Shown here: one piece after another, positions 48,512 to 57,578 of the stretch
How positions within the stretch are numbered: the first letter of the stretch is position 1
How the letters are laid out: each line of letters begins with the position of its first letter
Source: an uncultured Bacteroidales bacterium
GTDB lineage: Bacteria > Bacteroidota > Bacteroidia > Bacteroidales > UBA932
Length of the DNA: 64,000 nucleotides
Assembly (NCBI GenBank): GCA_900321655.1
Contig: ONWU01000011.1
Location: 22,340-86,339 of the forward strand
Direction of reading: 5' to 3'
Program-made: the position numbers and the translations under genes
The notes under the pieces: model-generated
Database searches by the model: none
Told to the model about the DNA's origin: nothing
The model's input: only the letters and a program-made list of their open reading frames with translations

Positions 48512-50779
48512 TCAAGGCAAAGTCAAGTAAGCCGCCAGGGTTCCCACAAAGCGGGAAACGGGTTCCATCCAGACTTCGTGGGAAGTGGCATTGGCCGTCC
48601 CGTTCCAGAAAGGCTCATCGCTGCGGAAACAATCCACGCCCACCGGAAGGGCTCCGGCCACATTGCGTGTACAGTAAACAAAGCCCGGGGCGTAGTTGTA
48701 GCCCACGCCGTACATCAGGCTGGAGTTAAAGGGATTGAGCCCCAGGGTCCATTCCAGCTGCATCTGAACAAAGGGCTTTGCGCCATCCTCCAGCAGGTGG
48801 GAGGCAGCCGCCAGCGCCCAGGCCTGCGAGAGATGGAAGTTGGTGGCCCCGTGGAAGACGTGGTCTATCCAGATGGGGAAGGTGCGGATGGCGTAGTTCT
48901 CGTTGATCTGCGTACCGGCTTCGTACTGCTCCAACCGGGCCGGGGCCTTCATATCGGCCCGTCTGAAAATACCGGCCGGAAGCAGGTGATAAGGGGCCGA
49001 TATCCGGCTGCCCGGAATCAGATACTTCCAGACATAAAGGGCCGCCGCTTCTTTCCAGGGGGCCGACCGCTCCGGGAAAACGAAGGACAGTTCCTTCAGG
49101 GCCAGCATCGGAGCCTCGTTGAAGGCAGCGTGATGGTCCTGCAACAAGCTCCGGCGACGGGTATCCGTGTAGAAATAGCCGGCATAGGGAATCCCGTCCA
49201 CCTCTTCCTGCTCCTGGCAGCGAAGCAGCAGGGCAGCAAAATGCAAGGCGGCGTCTTGGAAGCGATCTTCTCCTAGCCGCTTATACAGACGGGCCGATGC
49301 GATAGCGCCCCAGGAAGCCTCCAGATAGCTGGCTTCTTTCCAATCCGAGGATGCCATAGCATACTCCCAGTCTTCGACGGACGCCTTTTCTTCTCCGGCG
49401 CCGGAGAAAACGGCCGATTTGAGGAAGAGTTCCCACGGGATGAATGAGGCCGGCGACATCACATCGTCCAGCGTACCAACCTTTCCATCGGTATACATCC
49501 GGACGGTGGACCAGCTCATATGGCGGCCATCGGCAAAACGGGTCTTCAGGAGCCAGTCTACGCCCCAGGCGGCTTCTTTCTTCAGGCTTGAGGTGAGTTC
49601 CGGGAAGGCATCCGTCTTCAGGGCCTCCTGAAGGGCAAAACAGGCATAAGCCGTTCTCCAGGCACCTTGGGAGAGGTCTCCGGCATCGTGCCAGCCCCCG
49701 TTCACCGGCTTCACCTCATCCCCGTAGAATCCAAGGACATCCTGGTGACAGACACTATGGATTCCCTCCACGGGATAGCCGCAGCGCTGATGATAATAGA
49801 AATTAACCGCGGCGGCCAGCGGCTCTTTCCAAACTTTCCCGGCAATGGGAAATGGATGAGACAAGGCATTTCCATACCGGAGGGTATACGATCCCGGACG
49901 GGTCCAAGAGGAGAAACAGAGCCGGGCATACCGGATTCCTTTGTTTTCGATCAACTCCGGTGTCCCTTCGTAAACCACTTTTCCGCGCTTGTCCAGCAGC
50001 TGGAAAGAGGGGGCGTCCGTTGCCGCGGCCAGGGCCCTCTTGCTATCGCCCGGCCTGTATCCCACGTGCGGGACAAGGACTTCCCCTTCCGGGATATCCC
50101 AGCCTTCATAATGGTCCGGAACCACCTTCTGGAGTTCCAGCGAATCGAAGTCTATGGTAACATAAGGTTCTCCCATTTCCGGATCATAACCGGTACAGGT
50201 CTGGCAAATTTCCAACCCCCGCACGCTGTCCCGGGGGAAATAATCTATCTCCCAGAGCACCTGCACCCAGCGGCCCTGGGGAAGGTCCAGATTGGTTTCC
50301 CGGCTGGGGGTGAGCGTTCCGTCCGGGGTGCTGCTTAGCAGAGCCAGGGCAAAACTGACGTGGGGATTCCTGGAAGGATGGATGTAAACCCAAAGGGAAA
50401 GGCGGTTCCATTCCCTCCAGTCCCGGGGCTCTTCAAATTCCAGCGCCACGCAGGTCTCGCCTCCCTGCTCTCCGCAGAAGCTGTTCCAGGGAGTCCGGTT
50501 GGCAGGGTTCTTCAACTGCGTACTGTCCACCAGGGAGGCCCGTAGCCTCAGGGCCTGTCGGCCCTTGTGGACATTCTCCCGGGTATACTCCAGTTGGGGG
50601 CTGCCTTTCCGCACCACCCAGCGGCCTTCTTCCTCCATATCCTCCACCATACAGGAAGCCAGCACCGGTTTCTGAGCCCAGCGCTCCAGCATAGAATGCT
50701 CCGGATACTCCCCTGCGTTTCTGCAGGAAAGCAAAAGGGCGCTGGCACATATCCAGCTTATTCTCAGAAACTTATGCAT
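48512..50779 (-). CDS. GH9-like (alpha/alpha)6 glycosidase with an N-terminal beta-sandwich, lipoprotein
   Basis: ATG at 50779, lipobox LLSC. Motifs HVGY..K.A, FYYHQRCG, GGWHDAGD, LGLNPF..S..YGVG and a C-terminal EVW. Confidence 0.8.
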   Translation of the reverse strand: MHKFLRISWICASALLLSCRNAGEYPEHSMLERWAQKPVLASCMVEDMEEEGRWVVRKGSPQLEYTRENVHKGRQALRLRASLVDSTQLKNPANRTPWNSFCGEQGGETCVALEFEEPRDWREWNRLSLWVYIHPSRNPHVSFALALLSSTPDGTLTPSRETNLDLPQGRWVQVLWEIDYFPRDSVRGLEICQTCTGYDPEMGEPYVTIDFDSLELQKVVPDHYEGWDIPEGEVLVPHVGYRPGDSKRALAAATDAPSFQLLDKRGKVVYEGTPELIENKGIRYARLCFSSWTRPGSYTLRYGNALSHPFPIAGKVWKEPLAAAVNFYYHQRCGYPVEGIHSVCHQDVLGFYGDEVKPVNGGWHDAGDLSQGAWRTAYACFALQEALKTDAFPELTSSLKKEAAWGVDWLLKTRFADGRHMSWSTVRMYTDGKVGTLDDVMSPASFIPWELFLKSAVFSGAGEEKASVEDWEYAMASSDWKEASYLEASWGAIASARLYKRLGEDRFQDAALHFAALLLRCQEQEEVDGIPYAGYFYTDTRRRSLLQDHHAAFNEAPMLALKELSFVFPERSAPWKEAAALYVWKYLIPGSRISAPYHLLPAGIFRRADMKAPARLEQYEAGTQINENYAIRTFPIWIDHVFHGATNFHLSQAWALAAASHLLEDGAKPFVQMQLEWTLGLNPFNSSLMYGVGYNYAPGFVYCTRNVAGALPVGVDCFRSDEPFWNGTANATSHEVWMEPVSRFVGTLAAYLTLP

Positions 50780-50790
50780 ATGGACCCCTG

Positions 50791-53019
50791 TCAATCCGTC
50801 AGCCCGCCGGAGACATACACCCGGCCGCCGGTCACTTTCTCATCGGCATTGCGGCCCAGCCACACCTCAAACCAGCCCTCTTCCACCCGATGCACCATAT
50901 GGGTGTCCCACAGGGCGAACTGGCGGTACGGAACTTCCAGTTCCACTTCCCGGCTTTCTCCGGGTGAGAGCGTAATGCGCTTGAAAGCTATCAGTTCCTT
51001 CAGGGGACGGGCAACGCAGGCCAGTTCGTCGTGCGCATACAACTGCACCACCTCGTCTCCCTCCACGGGGCCGGTATTGGTTACCGTCACCTTCACCCGG
51101 AGGCTCTCCCCGGCCTTCAGCTGAGAAGGCAGCTGGAAAGCGGAATACTCAAACGAAGTATAGCTGAGGCCATAGCCGAAGGGATAGAGCGGCCTGCCGT
51201 CGTTCTCCACATACCCGTATCCGCGTCCGCTGGGCTTGATGGAATAGTAATAGGGATTCTGGCCGATAGTACGAACCCAGCTGAAGGGCAGGCGCCCGCC
51301 GGGATTGCGCTTTCCGGTGAGGACATCGGCAATGGCCCTTCCGCCCTGCTCGCCGGGATACCAGGCATCCAGCACCGCCGCGGTGCCGTCTACCCAGTCC
51401 GTCACCTCAATCACGGCGCCGTTGTGCAGCACCACAACCACCGGTTTTCCCGTAGCTATCAGGTCCCGCACCATCTTCTCCTGGTCCACCGTCACAAGGG
51501 ATTCCTGCTGGTCTCCGATAATCACGGCGTGGGTGGTTTCCCGCTGGACCACGTGCGCAGAGGGCAGGCGGAAGCTGCTGCGGTCCCGCCCTTCTTCCTC
51601 CGTAATGGAGGGGAAGAAAAGCAGCACATCGCAGGTGCGGGGATCCGGATTCAGCAGCACCTGGCCGTCAAAAGCGTTTTTCAGGCCTTCATACGGGGAG
51701 ATGGCTCCCTCACCCTTCCAGCCGCCGCGGCCTCCGCTGTAGTCTCCCAGGGTAACCACATCCGCCGCCGGACCATACAGGCCGATGCGGCGCACACCCT
51801 TCAGAGGAAGGATGCCGTTGTTCCTAAGGAGCGTCATCGATTTGACGGCGCTCTCGTAGGCCAGTTCCCGGTGCTCCGGAGAGCGGACCTCTTCTTCGGC
51901 CTGCTCCGGATCCACCAGGGGATTGTCAAACAGTCCCAGTTCAAATTTGATTCTCAAGACGCGGCTCACCGCTTCGTCCAGGGTTTCACGGGAAACTTTC
52001 CCACCCTTTACCAGTTCAAGCAGGCCCGTGGAAGTGTTGGCCAGTTCCAAATCCATGCCGGCCTCCAGGCTCATGGCCAGGGCGTCGTCGTGCGAAGCGG
52101 CCATGAAATGGTTATTGTGGATGATTTCCACGGCGCCGTAGTCACTCACCACAATGCCCTGGAAGCCCCACTCCTTTTTAAGGATATCCGTCAAGAGGCG
52201 GGCATTGGCACTGCAGGGGATGCCGTCGATGGAGTTATAGGCACTCATGATACCCCGTGCTCCCCCTTCCTGCACGCAGGCCCGGAAGGGTTCCAGGTAC
52301 ACCTCCCTCATTTCCCGCCAGGAATGAAGCGGGGCAAAGGAATCGTGCCCTCCTTCTCCGTAATTGTCTACAAAATGTTTGGGAGTGGCCACGATGCCCC
52401 CTTCCTGGAGGGCCTTCACGTAGGCCACACCCATCCGGGAGTTCATAAGCACATCCTCTCCGTAACTCTCCTGCCCCCGACCCCAGCGCTGGTCCCGGGT
52501 GATGTTGATGACAGGGGCATATACCTGGCGCACGCCCACGGCGCGAAGCTCCTTGGCCACCACCTGGCCCACCCGATAATACAGCTCGTCGTCAAAGGTG
52601 GCAGCCATGGCAATGCTCTGTGGGAAGCAGGTGGCATTGCCCCACTGAGCCCCGTGCAGGGCCTCGCCGTGCTGCAGCACCGGAATGCCCCAGGGATTGG
52701 CCTGGATGGACCGCTGCGTATCCTCGTTGATGTGCCGGGCCACTTCGGCCGGGTTGTTGGGGAAGCCGCCGTCCGGAAGGAAGTGCCCCACATTGCGGAT
52801 GTGGCCGACGCTGTAATCCCGCTGGTCGAAGAACTCGTCCATAAACAGCAGCTGGGCACTGATCTGATTCACCTTATCCTCTACGGACATCCGTTTCAGG
52901 AGGTCATTCACGCGCTTTTCCACCGGGAGATCCGGGTTCTGGTAGGGATACTTTTCCCGATGGGAAGCCGTACATCCCACAAATAGAAGAGACAGCAGTA
53001 TCCAGAAGTATCTGTGCAT
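50791..53019 (-). CDS. GH3 glycosidase (BglX/xylosidase-type), lipoprotein
   Basis: Motifs EALHG, RDQRWGRGQESYGED, PKHF, VSDYG and YPFGYGLSY. Confidence 0.92.
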   Translation of the reverse strand: MHRYFWILLSLLFVGCTASHREKYPYQNPDLPVEKRVNDLLKRMSVEDKVNQISAQLLFMDEFFDQRDYSVGHIRNVGHFLPDGGFPNNPAEVARHINEDTQRSIQANPWGIPVLQHGEALHGAQWGNATCFPQSIAMAATFDDELYYRVGQVVAKELRAVGVRQVYAPVINITRDQRWGRGQESYGEDVLMNSRMGVAYVKALQEGGIVATPKHFVDNYGEGGHDSFAPLHSWREMREVYLEPFRACVQEGGARGIMSAYNSIDGIPCSANARLLTDILKKEWGFQGIVVSDYGAVEIIHNNHFMAASHDDALAMSLEAGMDLELANTSTGLLELVKGGKVSRETLDEAVSRVLRIKFELGLFDNPLVDPEQAEEEVRSPEHRELAYESAVKSMTLLRNNGILPLKGVRRIGLYGPAADVVTLGDYSGGRGGWKGEGAISPYEGLKNAFDGQVLLNPDPRTCDVLLFFPSITEEEGRDRSSFRLPSAHVVQRETTHAVIIGDQQESLVTVDQEKMVRDLIATGKPVVVVLHNGAVIEVTDWVDGTAAVLDAWYPGEQGGRAIADVLTGKRNPGGRLPFSWVRTIGQNPYYYSIKPSGRGYGYVENDGRPLYPFGYGLSYTSFEYSAFQLPSQLKAGESLRVKVTVTNTGPVEGDEVVQLYAHDELACVARPLKELIAFKRITLSPGESREVELEVPYRQFALWDTHMVHRVEEGWFEVWLGRNADEKVTGGRVYVSGGLTD

Positions 53020-53022
53020 GGG

Positions 53023-54417
53023 CTACTCAAATTTAAACCAGTCTATCTCAAACAGTTCAATGGGGCTTTTCCAGGACCCATACTCACCGGAGAAGGTGAA
53101 CCAGAGAGCCTGAGGGCCTTCCTTGTACTCTTCCAGGTTGCACTCCAGGGTTACCCATTCCCCCTTACCGGCAGGAACGTCCACCCCGGCAATTTCTCCG
53201 TAAAAGGACTGGTCCTGATGAACGGAGATATAACCTCCTGCGAGGGAACGCACCCGCACGGTGAACTTGGTGAGACCGGAGGGGAAGTCCACATACTTCC
53301 AGGCCGCCTTGCTGCCGTCCAGGATGCCGGAAAGGATTTCCCGGCTGGCGGTTTCCAGCCGCACGTGGGGACCTCCGTTAACCAGGCAGGCGCGGGCCGC
53401 GTCTATGGTACTGGTGGCCGGAATGGGCTTTCCAGCACCCTGGGAGGTCATTTCCACTTCATTGATGGTGCCATCCTCATTGAAGGTGATGGGCTCTATG
53501 CAGGCCTTGCGCAGTTTGCTGGAATGGTGGGTGGAACGGTGGTACAGCACATACCACTGGCCGCCAAACTCCACCACGGAGCCGTGGTTGTTCCACACAT
53601 CGGGGTCGCAGCCGTTGCTATCTATGATAACGCCTTTGTACTCATAAGGGCCGAAGACATTCCGGGACATCGAATAGGCCAGACAGGAAGGCATATCCTG
53701 GCGGCTCACGGCCGCATACACATAGTAATACCAGCCATCCCGTTTGAACACAAAACTACCCTCGTGGAAGAAATGCTCGTCTTCCGTCACCAGTCCCTGA
53801 TGCAGTGTGGACATATCCAGCGAAGTCATATCGGCATTCAGCCGGGCGCCCTGGGCGCTGAACTGGTCCCAGAAATAATACGCCTGTCCGTCATCATCTA
53901 TGAACACGCAAGGGTCTATGCCCCGGATGCCTTCTATGAGTTTCCCGTCCCGGAAGGGCCCGGTGGGAGAATCGGAAACCGCCACGCCCTCGGTCCATTC
54001 GGAGAGGTCGTAATAGAGGTAATACTTTCCGTCTTTCTCGGCTATATCGGGAGCATACAGGTCTGCATCAGAGTAGGAAACCCCGTCGTAGGGGCCCTTG
54101 GTGGCAAAGATATTGGGATGCAGCGTCCAGTGCAGCATATCGTCCGTAGACAGCAGATGGTGATAGGCCGAGCACCACAGATCCAGGTTCAGATCCAGCG
54201 AACAGGCCACATACAGTCTTCCGTCCAGCACCTTGGCGCTGGGATCGGCCATATAGACCCCCATAGGGCAGATGGGATTGTAGCCGAATTCTCCGGCCTG
54301 TACCGGCTCACGGTCCTGATGGAGGACCACCTCAACATTCTGCCGGTTGTCCCTGCACGAAAGAAAAACTGGCAGCACACACAGTGCCGCCAGAATTGAC
54401 AGACGAATCCTACTCAT
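53023..54417 (-). CDS. GH43 glycosidase with a C-terminal CBM6-like domain, lipoprotein
   Basis: Start MSRIRL at 54417. Motifs ADPS, YAPD, IDP.VF.DDDG, HEG and NNHGS, with a tail containing YVDF...DWFKF. Confidence 0.9.
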   Translation of the reverse strand: MSRIRLSILAALCVLPVFLSCRDNRQNVEVVLHQDREPVQAGEFGYNPICPMGVYMADPSAKVLDGRLYVACSLDLNLDLWCSAYHHLLSTDDMLHWTLHPNIFATKGPYDGVSYSDADLYAPDIAEKDGKYYLYYDLSEWTEGVAVSDSPTGPFRDGKLIEGIRGIDPCVFIDDDGQAYYFWDQFSAQGARLNADMTSLDMSTLHQGLVTEDEHFFHEGSFVFKRDGWYYYVYAAVSRQDMPSCLAYSMSRNVFGPYEYKGVIIDSNGCDPDVWNNHGSVVEFGGQWYVLYHRSTHHSSKLRKACIEPITFNEDGTINEVEMTSQGAGKPIPATSTIDAARACLVNGGPHVRLETASREILSGILDGSKAAWKYVDFPSGLTKFTVRVRSLAGGYISVHQDQSFYGEIAGVDVPAGKGEWVTLECNLEEYKEGPQALWFTFSGEYGSWKSPIELFEIDWFKFE

Positions 54418-55969
54418 AATAAAGCATGCTGGCAGGAATACGGGACTCTTCCACACCGGGACCGTAGAGACCCACCTCCACATCGTCTCCTCCGTAGTTC
54501 TCAAAGTACTGGACTTCCAGGCGGTGATAGCCGGCATCCAGTTTCAGGGTGATATCCTTGAAGCCGCCGCCGTCGCGGTCCATATCCCAGAGGAGTTCGC
54601 CGTCCATCCAGCCCTTGGAGCCGTCGTCCGTGCAAACGGAGAGAATGTACTCCCCTTCCCTGTCAATCTTCAGCAGGCCTTTGAACACAAGGCCGAAATG
54701 GTCTTCCCTCTGTTTGATGGCTTCGGTACCGAAGGCCGGAGTGATTCCGCTGGCCTTGACAGGAGCATCCAGCACATCCTGGCAGCTCTTGAAGTCTCCT
54801 TCACTGTAGGTATACCGCAGGCCCTTGCCTTTGGGGGTTGCCTTGACGGCCTTCAGGGGAATGATTACGGGCTTGGCCTCTTCGCTCTGGAGAGCCGGGT
54901 CAAAAGGCTGGCACTTTTCTCCGTTGCCGGGCGTGAAGTCCACTCCCAGGATATCGGCAATGGTAGCGGCAAACTGCTTGTTATAGAAGACACCGTTGTC
55001 GGAGGTTTCACCCAGAACGGGGATTCCCTTTCCGAAAGCCACAAACCAGGTTTCGTTGGAACCGCGCATGCTTTCTCCGTGGCTGCGGAAGCCTTCTCCC
55101 CGTCCGCGGCCGTGGTCACAGGTTAGCAGATAGGTGGTTTTGCCCTTGTAGAAAGGATCGCTCTCGCAGAATTCCACGATGCGGCGGATATACAGGTCTG
55201 TCCAGTGGATGGCATCCAGATACAAATCGTATTCGCCTGCGTGGGCAAATTCATCCGTATCACCAAAGCCCACATAGAACACCTTGGGATGCTCCTTCAT
55301 CAGGGTTTCCATAGCCATACCGTAAGTGATGCAGTCCAGGCGCTCGCTGGCTCCAACACCTGCATTGGGCGTTCCGGCATCCACATCCTGCAGCAGACGG
55401 GCCACATAGCTGTCTGTGTAGCAGGGCTCGTGAGCGCTGCTGGCCTTGAAGCCGCCGCGTTCATTGTTAACGGCATACCGGATGCTCTCCCAGGAGGAGT
55501 ACATCATCACCTTTCCCTTGTAACGAGGGTCCTGGTTCACTACTTCCAGCACGCTCACGTTGGGATTGGGGATGGGATCATTGGAATGGACGCGAACGTC
55601 ATCGGGCCAGCCACAGAACATCTCGCTGTAACCGGGATAGGAGAAATTCATAGTATTGGCAACCGTCATCTGGCTGCCTTTGTTCCGGTTACCCAGCATA
55701 TAGCCGTGCGTGGGGGCGTAGCTCCAGATAAAGGGCATCAGGGTTTCCCGGCGCTCCTCGGCCGTTTCTTTCCAGTACTTGTCCTTCAGTTCCGAGGGCT
55801 GCCGCACAAACTTTTCATTTTCCACCAGGCCTTCATCGGCCCCGGAATACAGTTCCTGCCAGCGCAAGCCGTCGAAAGTGATGATAACAAGGCGGGGGTC
55901 ATTGTCTCCCCGGCTGCAGGATACCAGCACAGAAAGCGCCAGCAATCCCAGAAGTATGCTTCGTTTCAT
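54410..55969 (-). CDS. Alkaline-phosphatase superfamily enzyme fused to a C-terminal PA14 domain, lipoprotein
   Basis: Motifs ITFDGLRWQE, FSYPGYSE, TDEFAH and DHGRG, with a PA14 tail EDHF..TDDGS..GYHRLE. Confidence 0.85.
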   Translation of the reverse strand: MKRSILLGLLALSVLVSCSRGDNDPRLVIITFDGLRWQELYSGADEGLVENEKFVRQPSELKDKYWKETAEERRETLMPFIWSYAPTHGYMLGNRNKGSQMTVANTMNFSYPGYSEMFCGWPDDVRVHSNDPIPNPNVSVLEVVNQDPRYKGKVMMYSSWESIRYAVNNERGGFKASSAHEPCYTDSYVARLLQDVDAGTPNAGVGASERLDCITYGMAMETLMKEHPKVFYVGFGDTDEFAHAGEYDLYLDAIHWTDLYIRRIVEFCESDPFYKGKTTYLLTCDHGRGRGEGFRSHGESMRGSNETWFVAFGKGIPVLGETSDNGVFYNKQFAATIADILGVDFTPGNGEKCQPFDPALQSEEAKPVIIPLKAVKATPKGKGLRYTYSEGDFKSCQDVLDAPVKASGITPAFGTEAIKQREDHFGLVFKGLLKIDREGEYILSVCTDDGSKGWMDGELLWDMDRDGGGFKDITLKLDAGYHRLEVQYFENYGGDDVEVGLYGPGVEESRIPASMLYYE

Positions 55970-55976
55970 AGTATGG

Positions 55977-57578
55977 TTAGTATTTGATTTTGCCGGATTT
56001 GTCTACGTGTACAGTACTGCTTTGCCCGTCTCCCCACAGGAGCACCAGGTCAAAGGGGACGTTGGTGGTAACGGTGACCACCGGTTTTTCGGAGGCCGAT
56101 TTGCGGGCCGACACCTTCAGGTCCACCACTCCTTCGGGGCCGAAGGGATACCGCTCTATTCCGTGGGCTTCGAGCTGACGGACATCCCACTCGATCCTGT
56201 TCTCGGAATACTGGCCCCGGATGCCCAGGATGCATTCGATGAATTCTGCAATGGGCGGAAGACCGGCCCAGCCCACAAAGTCTTTCCGGGCCATGAAACC
56301 GGGCTCCACGCTCTCGGGAGCATAATACTCCCAGAAGGTGCCGGTGTTCTTCCACACCTGGAATACATTGCCGAAGTGATTGTCTGCTATTTCCCGGGAA
56401 AGGTCCTTGTAGCCCTTTCTCCACAGGCCGTCTATCACCATATAGTTGGTACCCGGCCAGATGCCTCCCTGCCAGTATCGGCCCAGGGGGTTGTATTTCT
56501 TATGGTCTGCACTCAGGGAAGGAACGCGGTGGGTGCGGTTGAACTCCGTCGTATCCGAGAGATGCGTCACCAGCGTATCCAGGCGTTCGGCGTCCAAAAC
56601 ATCCGTCTGGAGGGCCCAGAAGGCCGATATGCCCTTGGTGGCGCCACGGGAGCCGTCGGCATAGACATCGTAGAGGAAACCCGTGGTAGGATCCCACATG
56701 TTTTCGTTGATCCAGCCCTTCAGGAACTTCATTTCATCTTCCATCTCCTCAATCTCCTGCCAGCGCTCCGTATAGAAACCGATCTGCATCAGGCAGTTGT
56801 TTACCAGATACTGCTGCAGGTTGGTATCCAGCCAGCTCATATGGCCGTTGGAGAAAATCTGGTTATAGCCTTCCGGAACACGGGGCATATTGTCCATTCC
56901 CGTTCCCCAGCCGCTGCTCCAATAGGTTCCATTCGGCCAGGTGCGGTTCAGTTTCCACCACTGGGCATACGCCACCAGGGCCGGGAACACCCGGTGCAGG
57001 CGGTCTATGTCTCCAAACTGCTCGTAATACAGCAGTTCCGCCCAGGGAAGGAGGTTCGGGCCTGTGGAAACAGGATCGTAGCGCTCAAAGCAGTCGGAGC
57101 CATCGGCCCTTATCTCGCGGCAGATGAAACCGTCCTGGTGCTGCTTGGCATAGAAGTTATCCAGCGTTCTCTGGAACGGGAAGAAGCGATAGCCGTAGCG
57201 GGCGAAGAGCATCATAAAGCTGTCGTCCCACATAAAGATGTTGCCGTTGTACGCCACATCCAGGTACGGGCTCACAAAGCCGGAGCCTTCCTGGGGCTGC
57301 CGGATATTGCCGATGGCTATCTTCCAGGCGTGCCAGTACATATCCACTTCCGGCTGATGGCCTTCCCAGAAGGGAGCCGGCAGCACCTTCCGGGCCTGCT
57401 CGTAACTGCGGGGCTGCAGCGTTTCCCGTTTCATACCGCGGTAGGGATTCTCCGCCACGAAGATGTTCTTCACGTATGTATTCTTGTACGGGAGCTCATA
57501 CGGACCGCTGCGGAGGTCCTGCGCCCACGAAAGAGCTGCAAAAAGCAGCAAAACGCCAGCTAAAAGGGTCTTTCTCAT
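55977..57578 (-). CDS. GH63/MGH1-like (trehalase-like fold) glycosidase
   Basis: Motifs IFMWD, GTGMDN.PR, YWQGGIWPGTNY and FWEYY.P. Confidence 0.82.
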   Translation of the reverse strand: MRKTLLAGVLLLFAALSWAQDLRSGPYELPYKNTYVKNIFVAENPYRGMKRETLQPRSYEQARKVLPAPFWEGHQPEVDMYWHAWKIAIGNIRQPQEGSGFVSPYLDVAYNGNIFMWDDSFMMLFARYGYRFFPFQRTLDNFYAKQHQDGFICREIRADGSDCFERYDPVSTGPNLLPWAELLYYEQFGDIDRLHRVFPALVAYAQWWKLNRTWPNGTYWSSGWGTGMDNMPRVPEGYNQIFSNGHMSWLDTNLQQYLVNNCLMQIGFYTERWQEIEEMEDEMKFLKGWINENMWDPTTGFLYDVYADGSRGATKGISAFWALQTDVLDAERLDTLVTHLSDTTEFNRTHRVPSLSADHKKYNPLGRYWQGGIWPGTNYMVIDGLWRKGYKDLSREIADNHFGNVFQVWKNTGTFWEYYAPESVEPGFMARKDFVGWAGLPPIAEFIECILGIRGQYSENRIEWDVRQLEAHGIERYPFGPEGVVDLKVSARKSASEKPVVTVTTNVPFDLVLLWGDGQSSTVHVDKSGKIKY

